Assembly: GCA_963816855.1 (NCBI GenBank)
Contig: CAWFMA010000024.1
Span: 42,198 to 106,197 of the forward strand
Direction of reading: 5' to 3'
Origin: an uncultured Verrucomicrobiae bacterium
GTDB lineage: Bacteria; Verrucomicrobiota; Verrucomicrobiia; Chthoniobacterales; Terrimicrobiaceae
Length of the DNA stretch: 64,000 bases
Positions 40,499-49,744 of the stretch are shown piece by piece. Both the position numbers and the translations under genes were made by a program. Below the pieces are notes generated by a model. That model made no database searches. It had not been told where the DNA came from and saw nothing but the letters and a program-made list of their open reading frames with translations. The first letter of the stretch is position 1, and each line of letters opens with the position of its first letter.

Positions 40499-43400
40499 TC
40501 ATGGGATTTTGAATTGGCAGAGGACATTCGTTCCTCTGCGTTTTGCGCGCTCGAGGGTGAGGGTCGCGCCGATCGTGTCAGCGCGATATTTCATGATGCG
40601 TAAACCCATCCCTTGGACGGTGCGAAGGTCTCGTGGCAATCCGGTGCCATTGTCGGTGACAGCCAGGGTAGCACTGTTCCGCGTACGGCTTAAACTGACG
40701 ACCACGGAACGGGCATGCCCGTGCTTGATGGCATTCGTGATCGCCTCCTGGGCAATCCGATAGAGGTGCGTTGCAACCGCGTTGTTGGAGACGAGGACCG
40801 GTCGCGGGCAATCAAACCGGCAAGTGATTTGGAAGAGCTTTCCGGAGTTTGCCGTCAGTTCCCGAAGCGCAGACATGAGTCCGTGGGATTCGAGGGTGAC
40901 GGGTGACAGCCCGCGGGCCAGCATCCAGGCTTGGCGCGCGCCATTTCGAATCAATTCGACAATCGAGGCGGCGTGGCCGCGTTTCACCGGGTCGTTGGCG
41001 AGCTGCCTGGCCAGTGCCGCGGTCTTGAACTCGACGCCCGCGAGGTGCTGGCACAAACCGTCGTGCAAATCCTGACCGATGCGCCGCTGCTCGTTACTGC
41101 TGATGTTTAGCAATTCTTCCTCCAACTCCCGGCGCTCGATCGCAGCCGCCAGCACGTTGGCGACCGACTGCAGGAAGTGAACGTCATCGTTCGTGAATCC
41201 CATTCGTCGCGTTGTATGTGCGGCGAGCACTCCGTAGGGCTGCCTGCGACCATGAATGATCACGCTCAGACCGCTGACGACATGGCGATCAAACAGGAGC
41301 CGCGGGCTGCGAAAACGCTTCTCCGCGCGCAGATCCTCGACGATCACCGGTGCGTTTGATAGCAAGGTGAATCCCTCCTGCGACTTCCGGCCGGTCGCGA
41401 CCTGGACAGAGCCGGCAGACACTTTCTTCCAGCCGACGCCCGCCCTGAGCAAAAGGGCCTTGCCGGTAGGAAGCAGTTCCATGACTTTGCAAAATTCGCA
41501 GCCGAGAATTGCCGGCACGAGGCGCACCGCTTCATCCAACAGCGTTGCCAGCACTGCCCCTTCCAGGGCGCGCTGACTCAGTCCGGCAAGAGCGGCCTGC
41601 TGGCGGGCACGGATTTCGAGCGCAACCACGGTGTTCGTGCGCTCCGTGGACAGTTCCGCAGTGCGCTCGGCGACGCGAGTTTCCAGCTCTTCGCGGGATT
41701 GGCTTAGTGCTTGCTCCACCCGCTTCCGCTGGGTGACGTCCCGCACGGTGGCAATCATGCCTTCAGCTCCTGCCAAACTCAGCGGGCTGAGCATGATTTC
41801 CACGGGGAACTTCGAGCCGTCCTTGCGTCGGGCCATCAGCTCCAGTCCAACGGCGGTGGCCGCGGAGTCGGCGCGGCGTTTTCCCGGTACCTTGGGGAAC
41901 TGCCCGGACATCAGCTTTGCAACCTGCTTACCCAAGAGGTCGCGACGGTCGTAGCCGAACATTTTCTCCGCCTGCCCATTGACCCGCTCGATCCGGCCGG
42001 CAGCGTTCACTGTCATGACTGCGTCAGGTGCGGATTCAAAAAGCGTCGCGAGGGTTTCGCTGAGTTCCTGCCGTTCTTGCTCGGCTGCCTTGATCTGATC
42101 GATGTTGACGAGAAAAATCACCGCTCCCTCCACTTCGCCGTTGCTCGTCACATAAGGCCGCAGGCGCAGCGAATAATGGTGGTCGTCCGCCTGCACGATT
42201 TCCTTTTCAATCCCCTTTCGCCTGCGCATGACCTGCGCGGCCAGCTTCGGCAGTTCAGGCACTTCCGCACTAAGAATTCCGATCGGTTCGCCGATCTCGC
42301 CGCCTTCCAGCTTGAACATCTCCGCGGCCTGGGAACTAAACCGCCGTACGCGCAGGTTTTTATCGAGCATGATTACGGGCAGATCGACGCCGCTGGAAAG
42401 GTTGTTCAAGTCGTTGATAAGCCGGGTCAATTCAGTGTTCCGCAATCCCATTTCATCGTTCAGCGTGGTCAGTTCCTCGTTGGCGCTTTGCAGCTCTTCC
42501 TTGGCAGTTTCGAGTTCTTCGTTGGTGCTCTGGAGCTCTTCGTTGGCCGACTGCATTTCCTCGTTGACGACCTGCATTTCCTCGTTCGTCGCCTCCTTGT
42601 CTTCCAGCATCGCTTGAAACGCTTCGCGCATGCTCACGAGCTGCTCGCGCAGAGCCGTCACGCGTTCTTCGCCAGCCTCGGCCTCCGTATCCTGCTGTGA
42701 AAGCTTTGTGGCAGCCCCGGCGTCCGCGCCATTCTCAGCGCGGAAAAGCACATGGAAAAACCATTCTGGGGACGGTGGCGCGCAGAAGGGAATGACTTCA
42801 ATGGTTACGCGTCCCGATCGTCCAGCATCAACGAAGACCGTGCTCCGTTCGGCCGGCGCTTCGCTTTCCATCGCCTGCTGGAGCGCGGCGCGCACGTCGA
42901 TGAGCAAGTCCTCGCGAATCATGCGCAGGAAATCGAGGCTGGCCGCGCCAGTCGGTTGTTCAAGATAGGGGCTCGTCCGGCCGCGAAATTCCACTACGCG
43001 CAATTCGGAGTCGATAGTCACTCCGCAAGGATTCAACCGCCGGAGCAAGACCCGGTCGCCGGACTTGCGCACGTCTGGCGGATTCGCCGGGAGCGCCGCT
43101 GCCGCATCGCTTCGGTGCCCGGACACAGCCGGGCGCTCGGAACTTTGAATAATCGGAGCCATCTGCCGCGTGCTTTTCTTGGCAAAGATTTTTCGCTTCG
43201 AGTCCACCGCTTCGAAGAGATCGTGGAAAGGATTCGGACCCTCCGACAAACCGAACACCAGGAAACCGCCTGGATTCAGCGCATAGTGCAACTTGGGCAG
43301 CACCTTCTTCTGCAACGCCGCATCGAAATAGATGAGCAGGTTGCGGCAACTGATCAGGTCGATCCGCGCGAAGGGCGGGTCGCTCGACACGTTTTGCCGG

Positions 43401-44662
43401 GCAAAGATGCAGGCCTCGCGTAGCGCTTTGGCGACTTGGTAGCCGCCGGGGCATGGCGAAAAGAAGCGCCTGAGTCGCGCGGCTGATACCTCACGGCTGA
43501 TCGATTTCGGATACACTCCCGCGCGCGCCCGCGCGATGGCCGCTTCGCTGATATCGGTCGCGTAGATTTGGATCCGGGGTTGTTCGGCGTCCGACGGCAG
43601 GACTTCCAAAAGACAAATCGCAAGCGAATAGACTTCTTCGCCCGTCGAGCATCCGGGCACCCAAAACCGGATTGGTTCGCCGAGCGGCTTGTGTTTGACA
43701 ATCGCCGGCAGCACCTTCTCCTGCAGGGTCTGAAACACCGCGGGATCGCGAAAAAAGCTCGTGACATGAATCAGCGCATCGCGAAAAAGCGCGTCCACTT
43801 CCATCGACTCCTTCTCCAGCAAGCGCAGGTAATCACCTTCGTCGTGGACGCCGCGCAGCACCATCCGGTGCGCGATTCGCCTGTGCAGCGTCGACTTCTT
43901 ATAATGCGTAAAGTCCACGCCGATGCGGGCGCTGAGCAACCGGAGAATCCTGGCTTGCAGCGCATCCCTTTCCTGGGTCCCGGTTTCATCCTTTCCCGGG
44001 GCCAGCTGCCGCTGTCGCTGCGGATGCCGAACGACGCGGGCCAGTTCGATGCCGATGTTTTCGGGCGAAAGAACGAAGTCCACAAATCCGCTGGCGATGG
44101 CATTTTCCGGCATCGCCGAAAACCTCGCGCTGGCGGAATCTTCCGCGAAGGTAATGCCGCCCGCGGTTTTCACCGCCTCGATACCGGCTGTGCCGTCCGC
44201 GCCCGTTCCAGACAGAATTACGCCCAGCGTCTTTTCGCCGCGATCCGCCGCAAGCGAGCGCAGAAAACAATCGATCGGGTGCAGCGCATTTCCGCGCGGC
44301 GCGAGGATCAACCGGCCAGAGGCGACGGTCATCAGCACGTTTGATGGCATGACGTGGACCCGGTTCGGCCGCAAGATCATCCCATCGCTCGCTTCGCACA
44401 CCGGCATCTGCGTGGCTCTCTCCAACAAGCCCGCAAGCTGGCTATCATGCTTTGGATCGAGATGCTGCACGAGCACGAAGGCCGTTCCCGTGTCTGGCGG
44501 CAACGCTTTGAGTAATTGCACAAACGCTTCCAATCCCCCCGCAGAGGCCCCGATTCCGGCGACCGGAAAATTCAGCGCCGGTTCCCTCTCGAGCCGCTTG
44601 CGAGCCGGCCTCGCAGTCGCGGCCTCTCGTCTTGATACGGCCAGATCAGCGTTCTGAGTCAT
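40499..44662 (-). CDS. CheB methylesterase - CheR methyltransferase - PAS - coiled coil - PAS - GAF - HisKA_3/HATPase hybrid sensor kinase
   Basis: 1387 aa with these domains in order: a CheB core (GIGASAGGLEAF, GTGADG); a CheR core (IRFWVPGCSTGEEVYSLA, CRNLLIYF); the heptad signature NEEMQSANEELQSTNEELETAKEELQSANEEL; PAS and GAF regions; HisKA_3 (IGQDLHDGLCQHL); and an ATPase (NAIKHGHA, DNGTGLP). Confidence 0.92.
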   Translation of the reverse strand: MTQNADLAVSRREAATARPARKRLEREPALNFPVAGIGASAGGLEAFVQLLKALPPDTGTAFVLVQHLDPKHDSQLAGLLERATQMPVCEASDGMILRPNRVHVMPSNVLMTVASGRLILAPRGNALHPIDCFLRSLAADRGEKTLGVILSGTGADGTAGIEAVKTAGGITFAEDSASARFSAMPENAIASGFVDFVLSPENIGIELARVVRHPQRQRQLAPGKDETGTQERDALQARILRLLSARIGVDFTHYKKSTLHRRIAHRMVLRGVHDEGDYLRLLEKESMEVDALFRDALIHVTSFFRDPAVFQTLQEKVLPAIVKHKPLGEPIRFWVPGCSTGEEVYSLAICLLEVLPSDAEQPRIQIYATDISEAAIARARAGVYPKSISREVSAARLRRFFSPCPGGYQVAKALREACIFARQNVSSDPPFARIDLISCRNLLIYFDAALQKKVLPKLHYALNPGGFLVFGLSEGPNPFHDLFEAVDSKRKIFAKKSTRQMAPIIQSSERPAVSGHRSDAAAALPANPPDVRKSGDRVLLRRLNPCGVTIDSELRVVEFRGRTSPYLEQPTGAASLDFLRMIREDLLIDVRAALQQAMESEAPAERSTVFVDAGRSGRVTIEVIPFCAPPSPEWFFHVLFRAENGADAGAATKLSQQDTEAEAGEERVTALREQLVSMREAFQAMLEDKEATNEEMQVVNEEMQSANEELQSTNEELETAKEELQSANEELTTLNDEMGLRNTELTRLINDLNNLSSGVDLPVIMLDKNLRVRRFSSQAAEMFKLEGGEIGEPIGILSAEVPELPKLAAQVMRRRKGIEKEIVQADDHHYSLRLRPYVTSNGEVEGAVIFLVNIDQIKAAEQERQELSETLATLFESAPDAVMTVNAAGRIERVNGQAEKMFGYDRRDLLGKQVAKLMSGQFPKVPGKRRADSAATAVGLELMARRKDGSKFPVEIMLSPLSLAGAEGMIATVRDVTQRKRVEQALSQSREELETRVAERTAELSTERTNTVVALEIRARQQAALAGLSQRALEGAVLATLLDEAVRLVPAILGCEFCKVMELLPTGKALLLRAGVGWKKVSAGSVQVATGRKSQEGFTLLSNAPVIVEDLRAEKRFRSPRLLFDRHVVSGLSVIIHGRRQPYGVLAAHTTRRMGFTNDDVHFLQSVANVLAAAIERRELEEELLNISSNEQRRIGQDLHDGLCQHLAGVEFKTAALARQLANDPVKRGHAASIVELIRNGARQAWMLARGLSPVTLESHGLMSALRELTANSGKLFQITCRFDCPRPVLVSNNAVATHLYRIAQEAITNAIKHGHARSVVVSLSRTRNSATLAVTDNGTGLPRDLRTVQGMGLRIMKYRADTIGATLTLERAKRRGTNVLCQFKIP

Positions 44663-44978
44663 CGCCGGCGGTGTGAACCAGCGGGAACGGCGGCGCGAAG
44701 GTCGTCGAAGCGCCAGACTGAAATCGTAAAGAGAAAACGGGTGTGTTCAAGGCATCAATGTCAATGAAACATCTGGACGGAGAGAAGCACCTCCAATCTC
44801 CTCGAGTCGATGTCGTCAGAGTGGCGTTCGGTTCACACAGTCCCATGCACTGATTTTCTATAATCCATTTCCGCCCCGCCGCCAAGCTGTTTGCGCAGCG
44901 GGGAAAACCGGATACTAGCCAGCCCTGAACTTCCCGAACCTCAACGCAGGGCTCAATCGATACCCCGCCGATCTTCAA
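44646..44978 (-). CDS. hypothetical ORF overlapping the kinase start (weak PilZ-like DLKIGGVSIE motif)
   Basis: 110 aa from a TTG start. The frame is open about 45 codons further upstream (to approx 45110) but has no ATG/GTG/TTG there. It overlaps the kinase ATG by 17 nt. It may be a decayed gene. Confidence 0.25.
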   Translation of the reverse strand: MKIGGVSIEPCVEVREVQGWLVSGFPRCANSLAAGRKWIIENQCMGLCEPNATLTTSTRGDWRCFSPSRCFIDIDALNTPVFSLRFQSGASTTFAPPFPLVHTAGDDSER

Positions 44979-45195
44979 GTCCCATATCCCTGTCAGTTTC
45001 GTGACCTCATCCTGCTCGAAGGCGCTTTTCTTCCCATTGGCGCGCTGAGCGACCGGAGCGTCAGAGAATAGCTTATACGTCCGAAAGAACCCGAATGTCG
45101 TACAGGTTCAAAGGGCTGCGCTCACGGAAACGGCAAAAATCGCACGTAAAGCTCCCGGTTAAGGGAAACGATGCTCGTGGTCCTTCTCCAGAGGC

Positions 45196-45399
45196 TTAAC
45201 GGGCAGTCGAAAGCTGTTCGGGGCTTGCAAAATGTCGAACAACTTGAACATCGTCCAGCCTAACGGTAATAATCCGAAGATTGTAATCGTCCAGTCGTTG
45301 TATGTCGGCCTTGTTTCCGTTTATGGTGTTGACAACTCTCCAGAGCTGAGGAGTCCCCGAAAGTCGCACCGTATCATTAGTGTCGAGTCTTCTCTTCAT
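45196..45399 (-). CDS. hypothetical small protein
   Basis: 67 aa with an ATG start (MKRRLDTNDTVRLSGTPQLWRVVNTINGNKADIQRLDDYNLRIITVRLDDVQVV). The composition looks protein-like, but I recognise no family. Confidence 0.35.
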   Translation of the reverse strand: MKRRLDTNDTVRLSGTPQLWRVVNTINGNKADIQRLDDYNLRIITVRLDDVQVVRHFASPEQLSTAR

Positions 45400-45920
45400 A
45401 GTGTCAGTTTCGTCACAGGTTGGCTATAGTTGGCGAGACGGCTTTTACTACCTTAGACTAGGCCAACTGAGATCTCCGAAGTCCGCTCTCTGTCCCGTCT
45501 GTCCCGCAGTTTGGAGGCACAAGGCCAAGGTCTCCGGATACTGGCCTTTGCCCCCTTGCAGACAGGCCATTTCGAAATTTCTTTCAGCATTTGCTCTACG
45601 TAGTAACGGGCAATTGCGCCCGTTCCTCTATGGGGTATTCACCCCAGTCGGCAGTTCCCTAGCGCAGGTAAATTTCCCTTTCTTGAGGTCTCCCCTACTT
45701 GGCCTCAAGGGCGAAGCTCAAACTGGCAGCACCTTCACGGTGACGAAACGCGCTCCGAAACCCAATGCCTGACGGCCTCCACCAGCAGGGCCGCGTAGTC
45801 CCGGGATGAACCGATGACGCGGGCATTGAGCACGGGCTTGCTAGTCGTTTGCCCCGAGAACCGAAGCTTTGCATTTTCGGTCTTCATAGCCGGCACCAGC
45901 CAGCCGCCGACGATGTCCGC

Positions 45921-45975
45921 GTTGAAAAAGAGGCGGCGGCTTGAGCTTCAAAAGCAGCCAGCCGATGAATTGCGA
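45921..45975 (-). pseudogene. approx 20-codon fragment of a second acyl-CoA desaturase gene
   Basis: DNA at 45921-45967 aligns with 49042-49090 of the intact desaturase (core GAGGCGGCGGCTTGAGCTT.AAAAGCAGCCAGCCGA). The minus-strand translation FIGWLLLKLKPPPLF matches HVGWLLFKLKPPPPF. Confidence 0.5.
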
Positions 45976-46007
45976 TCGCTAAAGACGAAAGTGGGACGCG
46001 CGACGGC

Positions 46008-48299
46008 TCATGCAACCAGGGAAACCTGCTGCTCTAAGGGGAATGCGGACATGACGTCTTGCGTGCGCCGCATCTCGGCGAGGGAGAGCAAGAAGGCGAG
46101 TGTCGACTCGGCGCCTTGATTCTCGTTCACCCGGTCGATATGCAGGCCATCCCTACAACCACCACTCTGAGCATCATAGAGCGCGAGACCGAGATCGTTG
46201 CTTCCGTGAAACCATTCGAAGGCCTTGCTAGCCTGGCCGAGCCAATAGGAATCGCCAGTGGCCTCATAAGCCTCGAGACAGGCGCAAATCATGGCATGGG
46301 CCTCGACTGGTTGCTGGTCGAAAAGTGCCGGCTCATCTCCGCGTTTCCAAAATCCGTTTGAACCAATCGGGCGAAAATGCCCATCCGGCGCGATCTGGTG
46401 TTCCGCGAGCCAGCGCAGACTCCTGAGACCAATCTCAAGAAGATGGGGTTGATTCGCCCAGCGTCCCGTCATGATTAGAGATTGGGGAATGCGCGCGTTG
46501 TCGTAAGTCACGATGTCTTCGAACCAGAGCCAATCCGGGCTAGCAACCGCTTCGTAGCGATCGCGCAGACGCTGCGCCAATTCCGCGCGAAGCTGATTGG
46601 CCCTGAGATCGCCGCCCAATGTGCGAAGGTATTCGTGCAGGCCGATAATGGCGAACGCCCATGCCCGCGGCGACGTGAAACCTTGCACCGCCAGCAAGGC
46701 CATTTCGAAAAGCTCCGCCGCCCATGAGCGTAGTCCCTTGAGACGAGAGCGCCCGACGCACGTCCCAAGAGCCCATAGTGCTCGTCCATGGCTGTCTTCC
46801 GAACCGATTTCGCCAATCCAATCCCGGTGATAGGACATAAAGTTGCGGAAGCGTCCCGAGCTTGCATCAAATGCGTTCTGCAAGAAAGCCGCGTAAACGC
46901 TGGTCAACCGAGTACGCTCTGGGAAGCCCTCCTCGAGCTCCTCCAGGAGCATCATGAGGATAAGCGCCCGGGCATTGTCGTCAGTGCAATAGCCGTGCTC
47001 GTAATTGGGAAGCGTATAGACCGCGTGCTGCAGCATTCCCGTGTCGTCCGTCAGGCATGTGAGATGATCCAGGCGCCAGACGGGCAGGGCGGCCTGCCGG
47101 TCCAAAGTGGGGGCCTCGATGCGTTTCGCGGTTTGCGCAGAGTGCTCGTGGCGCGCGCGTTCGAAGCTCCGTGCATAATCGAGCGCCACACGCGACCAGA
47201 CCATCTTTCGCCCTATCAAATATGCGCCTTTGCGCATGGAGTGGCGCATCGTCTCGTTGTGCAGCAGATCACAAACCGCTTGGGAGATCGACGGGGCGTC
47301 AGCGAAGGGAACGAGCACGCCGCGTCCGTCCGCAAGCAATTCTTCGGCATGCCAGTAGGGTGTGGAAATGACTGCCTTGCCCGCGCCGTAACTGTATGCA
47401 AGCGTGCCACTTGTGATTTGCGCCTTGTTCAAATACGGCGTGATATATATATCGGTCGCGCCCAGAAACTCCGCCAGCTCGTCATTGTCCACGAAGCGAT
47501 TGAAGAAAATCACGTTTTTCTCAACACCGTTCTTTTTGGCAAGGAGCTCAAGGCTCAACCGGTACGTCTCGCCCTGGTCCCGTGCGAGACTGGGATGGGT
47601 CGCACCGAGCACGATATACACGACCTTGGGAAAATCGCGCACGACCGCTGGCAGCGCGTTGAGGACGTGTTCGATACCCTTGTTTGGCGAGAGAAGGCCG
47701 AAGGTGAGCAAAACCGGGCGCCCCTCCGCCCCAAATTTGTCCTTGTAATAGTTCGGATCGGCAAATGGTACGTCAGGAATGCCGTGAGGGATCAGATCAA
47801 TCTTGTCCACCGGCGTTTCGTAAATGTCGCGCAGGAATTCAATACCCTTTTCGGCCATGGATACGACGCGCGCCGAGAGCTTGATCACCTCCTGGAGCAC
47901 CAGCTTTTGTTCGCGCGTCGGATCGCTCAGGATCGTATGTAAGGTGGTAACCACCGGCATCCGGAGATGTCGCAGCAACGGCAGCAAATGGCGGCCGCTC
48001 GGGCCGCCAAAGATTCCGAATTCGTGCTGCAGGCAGAGGACATCCACATTAATAAGATTCAAAAAATCGGCCGCCCGACGGTACGCCGAGATATCCTGTT
48101 CGGGAATTTCGAAACGCACTTCGGGAGGATAGTGGTATCCCTCCGGGCGATCGGTCATGGCGATAATCGAACTGTGCAGGCCGGGGTATTGCGCGGCGGT
48201 TGCTTCGCGCAAGTCCGCTGTGAAAGTGGCGATTCCACACTTCCGGGGGATGTAATCCGCCAGAAAGGCGATCTTTTGAACGTTGCTTGGCAGATCCAT
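46008..48299 (-). CDS. GT4-type glycosyltransferase fused to a approx 370-aa C-terminal helical domain of unknown function
   Basis: 763 aa. The N-terminal half has the GT-B/GT4 layout (KIAFLADYIPRKCGIATF, LLTFGLLSPNKGIEHV, ITPYLNKAQITSGTLAYSYGAGKAVISTP). The C-terminal half is rich in W and aromatic helical repeats, possibly an alpha/alpha toroid; that reading is inference. Confidence 0.85.
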   Translation of the reverse strand: MDLPSNVQKIAFLADYIPRKCGIATFTADLREATAAQYPGLHSSIIAMTDRPEGYHYPPEVRFEIPEQDISAYRRAADFLNLINVDVLCLQHEFGIFGGPSGRHLLPLLRHLRMPVVTTLHTILSDPTREQKLVLQEVIKLSARVVSMAEKGIEFLRDIYETPVDKIDLIPHGIPDVPFADPNYYKDKFGAEGRPVLLTFGLLSPNKGIEHVLNALPAVVRDFPKVVYIVLGATHPSLARDQGETYRLSLELLAKKNGVEKNVIFFNRFVDNDELAEFLGATDIYITPYLNKAQITSGTLAYSYGAGKAVISTPYWHAEELLADGRGVLVPFADAPSISQAVCDLLHNETMRHSMRKGAYLIGRKMVWSRVALDYARSFERARHEHSAQTAKRIEAPTLDRQAALPVWRLDHLTCLTDDTGMLQHAVYTLPNYEHGYCTDDNARALILMMLLEELEEGFPERTRLTSVYAAFLQNAFDASSGRFRNFMSYHRDWIGEIGSEDSHGRALWALGTCVGRSRLKGLRSWAAELFEMALLAVQGFTSPRAWAFAIIGLHEYLRTLGGDLRANQLRAELAQRLRDRYEAVASPDWLWFEDIVTYDNARIPQSLIMTGRWANQPHLLEIGLRSLRWLAEHQIAPDGHFRPIGSNGFWKRGDEPALFDQQPVEAHAMICACLEAYEATGDSYWLGQASKAFEWFHGSNDLGLALYDAQSGGCRDGLHIDRVNENQGAESTLAFLLSLAEMRRTQDVMSAFPLEQQVSLVA

Positions 48300-48302
48300 A
48301 GG

Positions 48303-48416
48303 TTAAATCGGCGCGATGTTGAACGCACCAGGGACGTAGAGCAGCAAGAGAAGACCCAGGACGAGCCCGATGATGTTCAGCGGCTGGCCTTTAGTGAACA
48401 TGCCGACATAATACAT
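48303..48416 (-). CDS. 37-aa hydrophobic micropeptide (hypothetical)
   Basis: MYYVGMFTKGQPLNIIGLVLGLLLLLYVPGAFNIAPI has one TM helix. It lies 46 nt after the desaturase stop and ends 3 nt before the GT start codon. It forms the tail of a longer track ORF. Confidence 0.35.
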   Translation of the reverse strand: MYYVGMFTKGQPLNIIGLVLGLLLLLYVPGAFNIAPI

Positions 48417-48462
48417 TACGTACAAACCGGGCCGGCTACGAGAGTGAGAATAAGTGTGGTTA

Positions 48463-49563
48463 TCATTTCGACGCAGCTTTGTTTGATGGCGATGATGACG
48501 GTGACTGGTAGTTGTCCCTTGCGTTTTCGGTTTCCATAGCTGGCACAGACCGACCGGCGACGGTATCCGCGTTGCTCCTGCCGCTGGAAGCCGCAAGCTC
48601 AGCGCGGAGAATCGTGCCGGCGGGAACACGCCGCAACTTCTTTGCCAAGCCGATCTTTGAGAGCGTCCAGATGATCCACTTCGTGGGATCGAACTGCCAC
48701 GGCTTCACGCCGTTCCGATAGTCGTATGGAAACTCGTGGTGATAATTATGGTAGCCTTCTCCGAACGTTACCAGGGACATCAGCCACGAGTCGCGCGCAC
48801 TGCACCGGGAGGAATAGGTCTGTTTGCCGAGGTAATGGCAGAGCGAGTTGATGCAGAAGGTGCAGTGTTGGACGGCGACCACACGGGCCACGCCGGCGAT
48901 GAGGAAGGCGCCAAGTGCCGCCGTCCAGCCCGCCCACGCATAACCAATCGCTGCCGGCAGCGCGAACGCCACGGTCGCCCCAATCCAGTGAATGTAATGG
49001 TGCTGCCACATCACCAGTCGGTCGTTCTGAAGATCGATAACGTTGTCAAACGGAGGCGGCGGCTTGAGCTTGAAAAGCAGCCAGCCGACGTGTGCCTGGA
49101 AAAGCCCCTCCCGAATGTTGTAGGGGTCGTCCTCATGATCAACGTGTTTGTGATGCGCCCGGTGTTCACACGCCCAGAGCAGCACCGAGTTTTCAAATGC
49201 CGCGGCGCCGAAGATCAGCGTGAAAAGGCGCACACTCCAGTGAGCCTGAAATGTGAGGTGCGAGTAGAGCCGGTGATAGCCGAGCGTAATCGAAAACCCC
49301 ACGGCGAAAAACATCACCAGGAAGAGCGCCACCTGGAACCAGTCGAGCCCAAAGAGCCAGATGTACGCAGGAACCAACGTTAGCGACAAAATGAAGGTCC
49401 CAATGAGAAAGGAACTCGTTGTCCAGTTGACTTTATCGAAGGGAATGCGGCGGAATATCCTTGCCGCGATTCCCGCACGGCGGTCGTCATCCACCATCGC
49501 GGGTGGTGTTTGCGAAGTGGCTTGAGGTGGTTGCACGCTGTATTGTTCCATCACGTTGTTCAT
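48463..49563 (-). CDS. acyl-CoA (delta-9 type) fatty acid desaturase
   Basis: Three His boxes (HRLYSH, HRAHHKHVDHEDDPYN, HNYHHEFPYDYRN) and 4 TM segments. Confidence 0.92.
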   Translation of the reverse strand: MNNVMEQYSVQPPQATSQTPPAMVDDDRRAGIAARIFRRIPFDKVNWTTSSFLIGTFILSLTLVPAYIWLFGLDWFQVALFLVMFFAVGFSITLGYHRLYSHLTFQAHWSVRLFTLIFGAAAFENSVLLWACEHRAHHKHVDHEDDPYNIREGLFQAHVGWLLFKLKPPPPFDNVIDLQNDRLVMWQHHYIHWIGATVAFALPAAIGYAWAGWTAALGAFLIAGVARVVAVQHCTFCINSLCHYLGKQTYSSRCSARDSWLMSLVTFGEGYHNYHHEFPYDYRNGVKPWQFDPTKWIIWTLSKIGLAKKLRRVPAGTILRAELAASSGRSNADTVAGRSVPAMETENARDNYQSPSSSPSNKAASK

Positions 49564-49744
49564 TCACCATGCGGGTATTTCTGAATGGAGTCTATGGGGT
49601 GAACACTCCATTGCGGTCGCTCGCGCTGGTGTCCTCGCCCAAGAACTGGACACTGTAAATCCAAGTTCCGAAGAGAGAGAGAACAGACATGAAAAAGCGC
49701 TCCAAAGGGGGAGCAGATTACATCTATCCCACGATTCCGAATTC

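Noticed and set aside
42440-42620. A short-period DNA repeat resembling a tandem array.
   Set aside because: It encodes the NEEMQ/NEELQ heptad coiled coil of the CheBR-kinase. It is a protein-level repeat, not a CRISPR or satellite, since there are no unique spacers.
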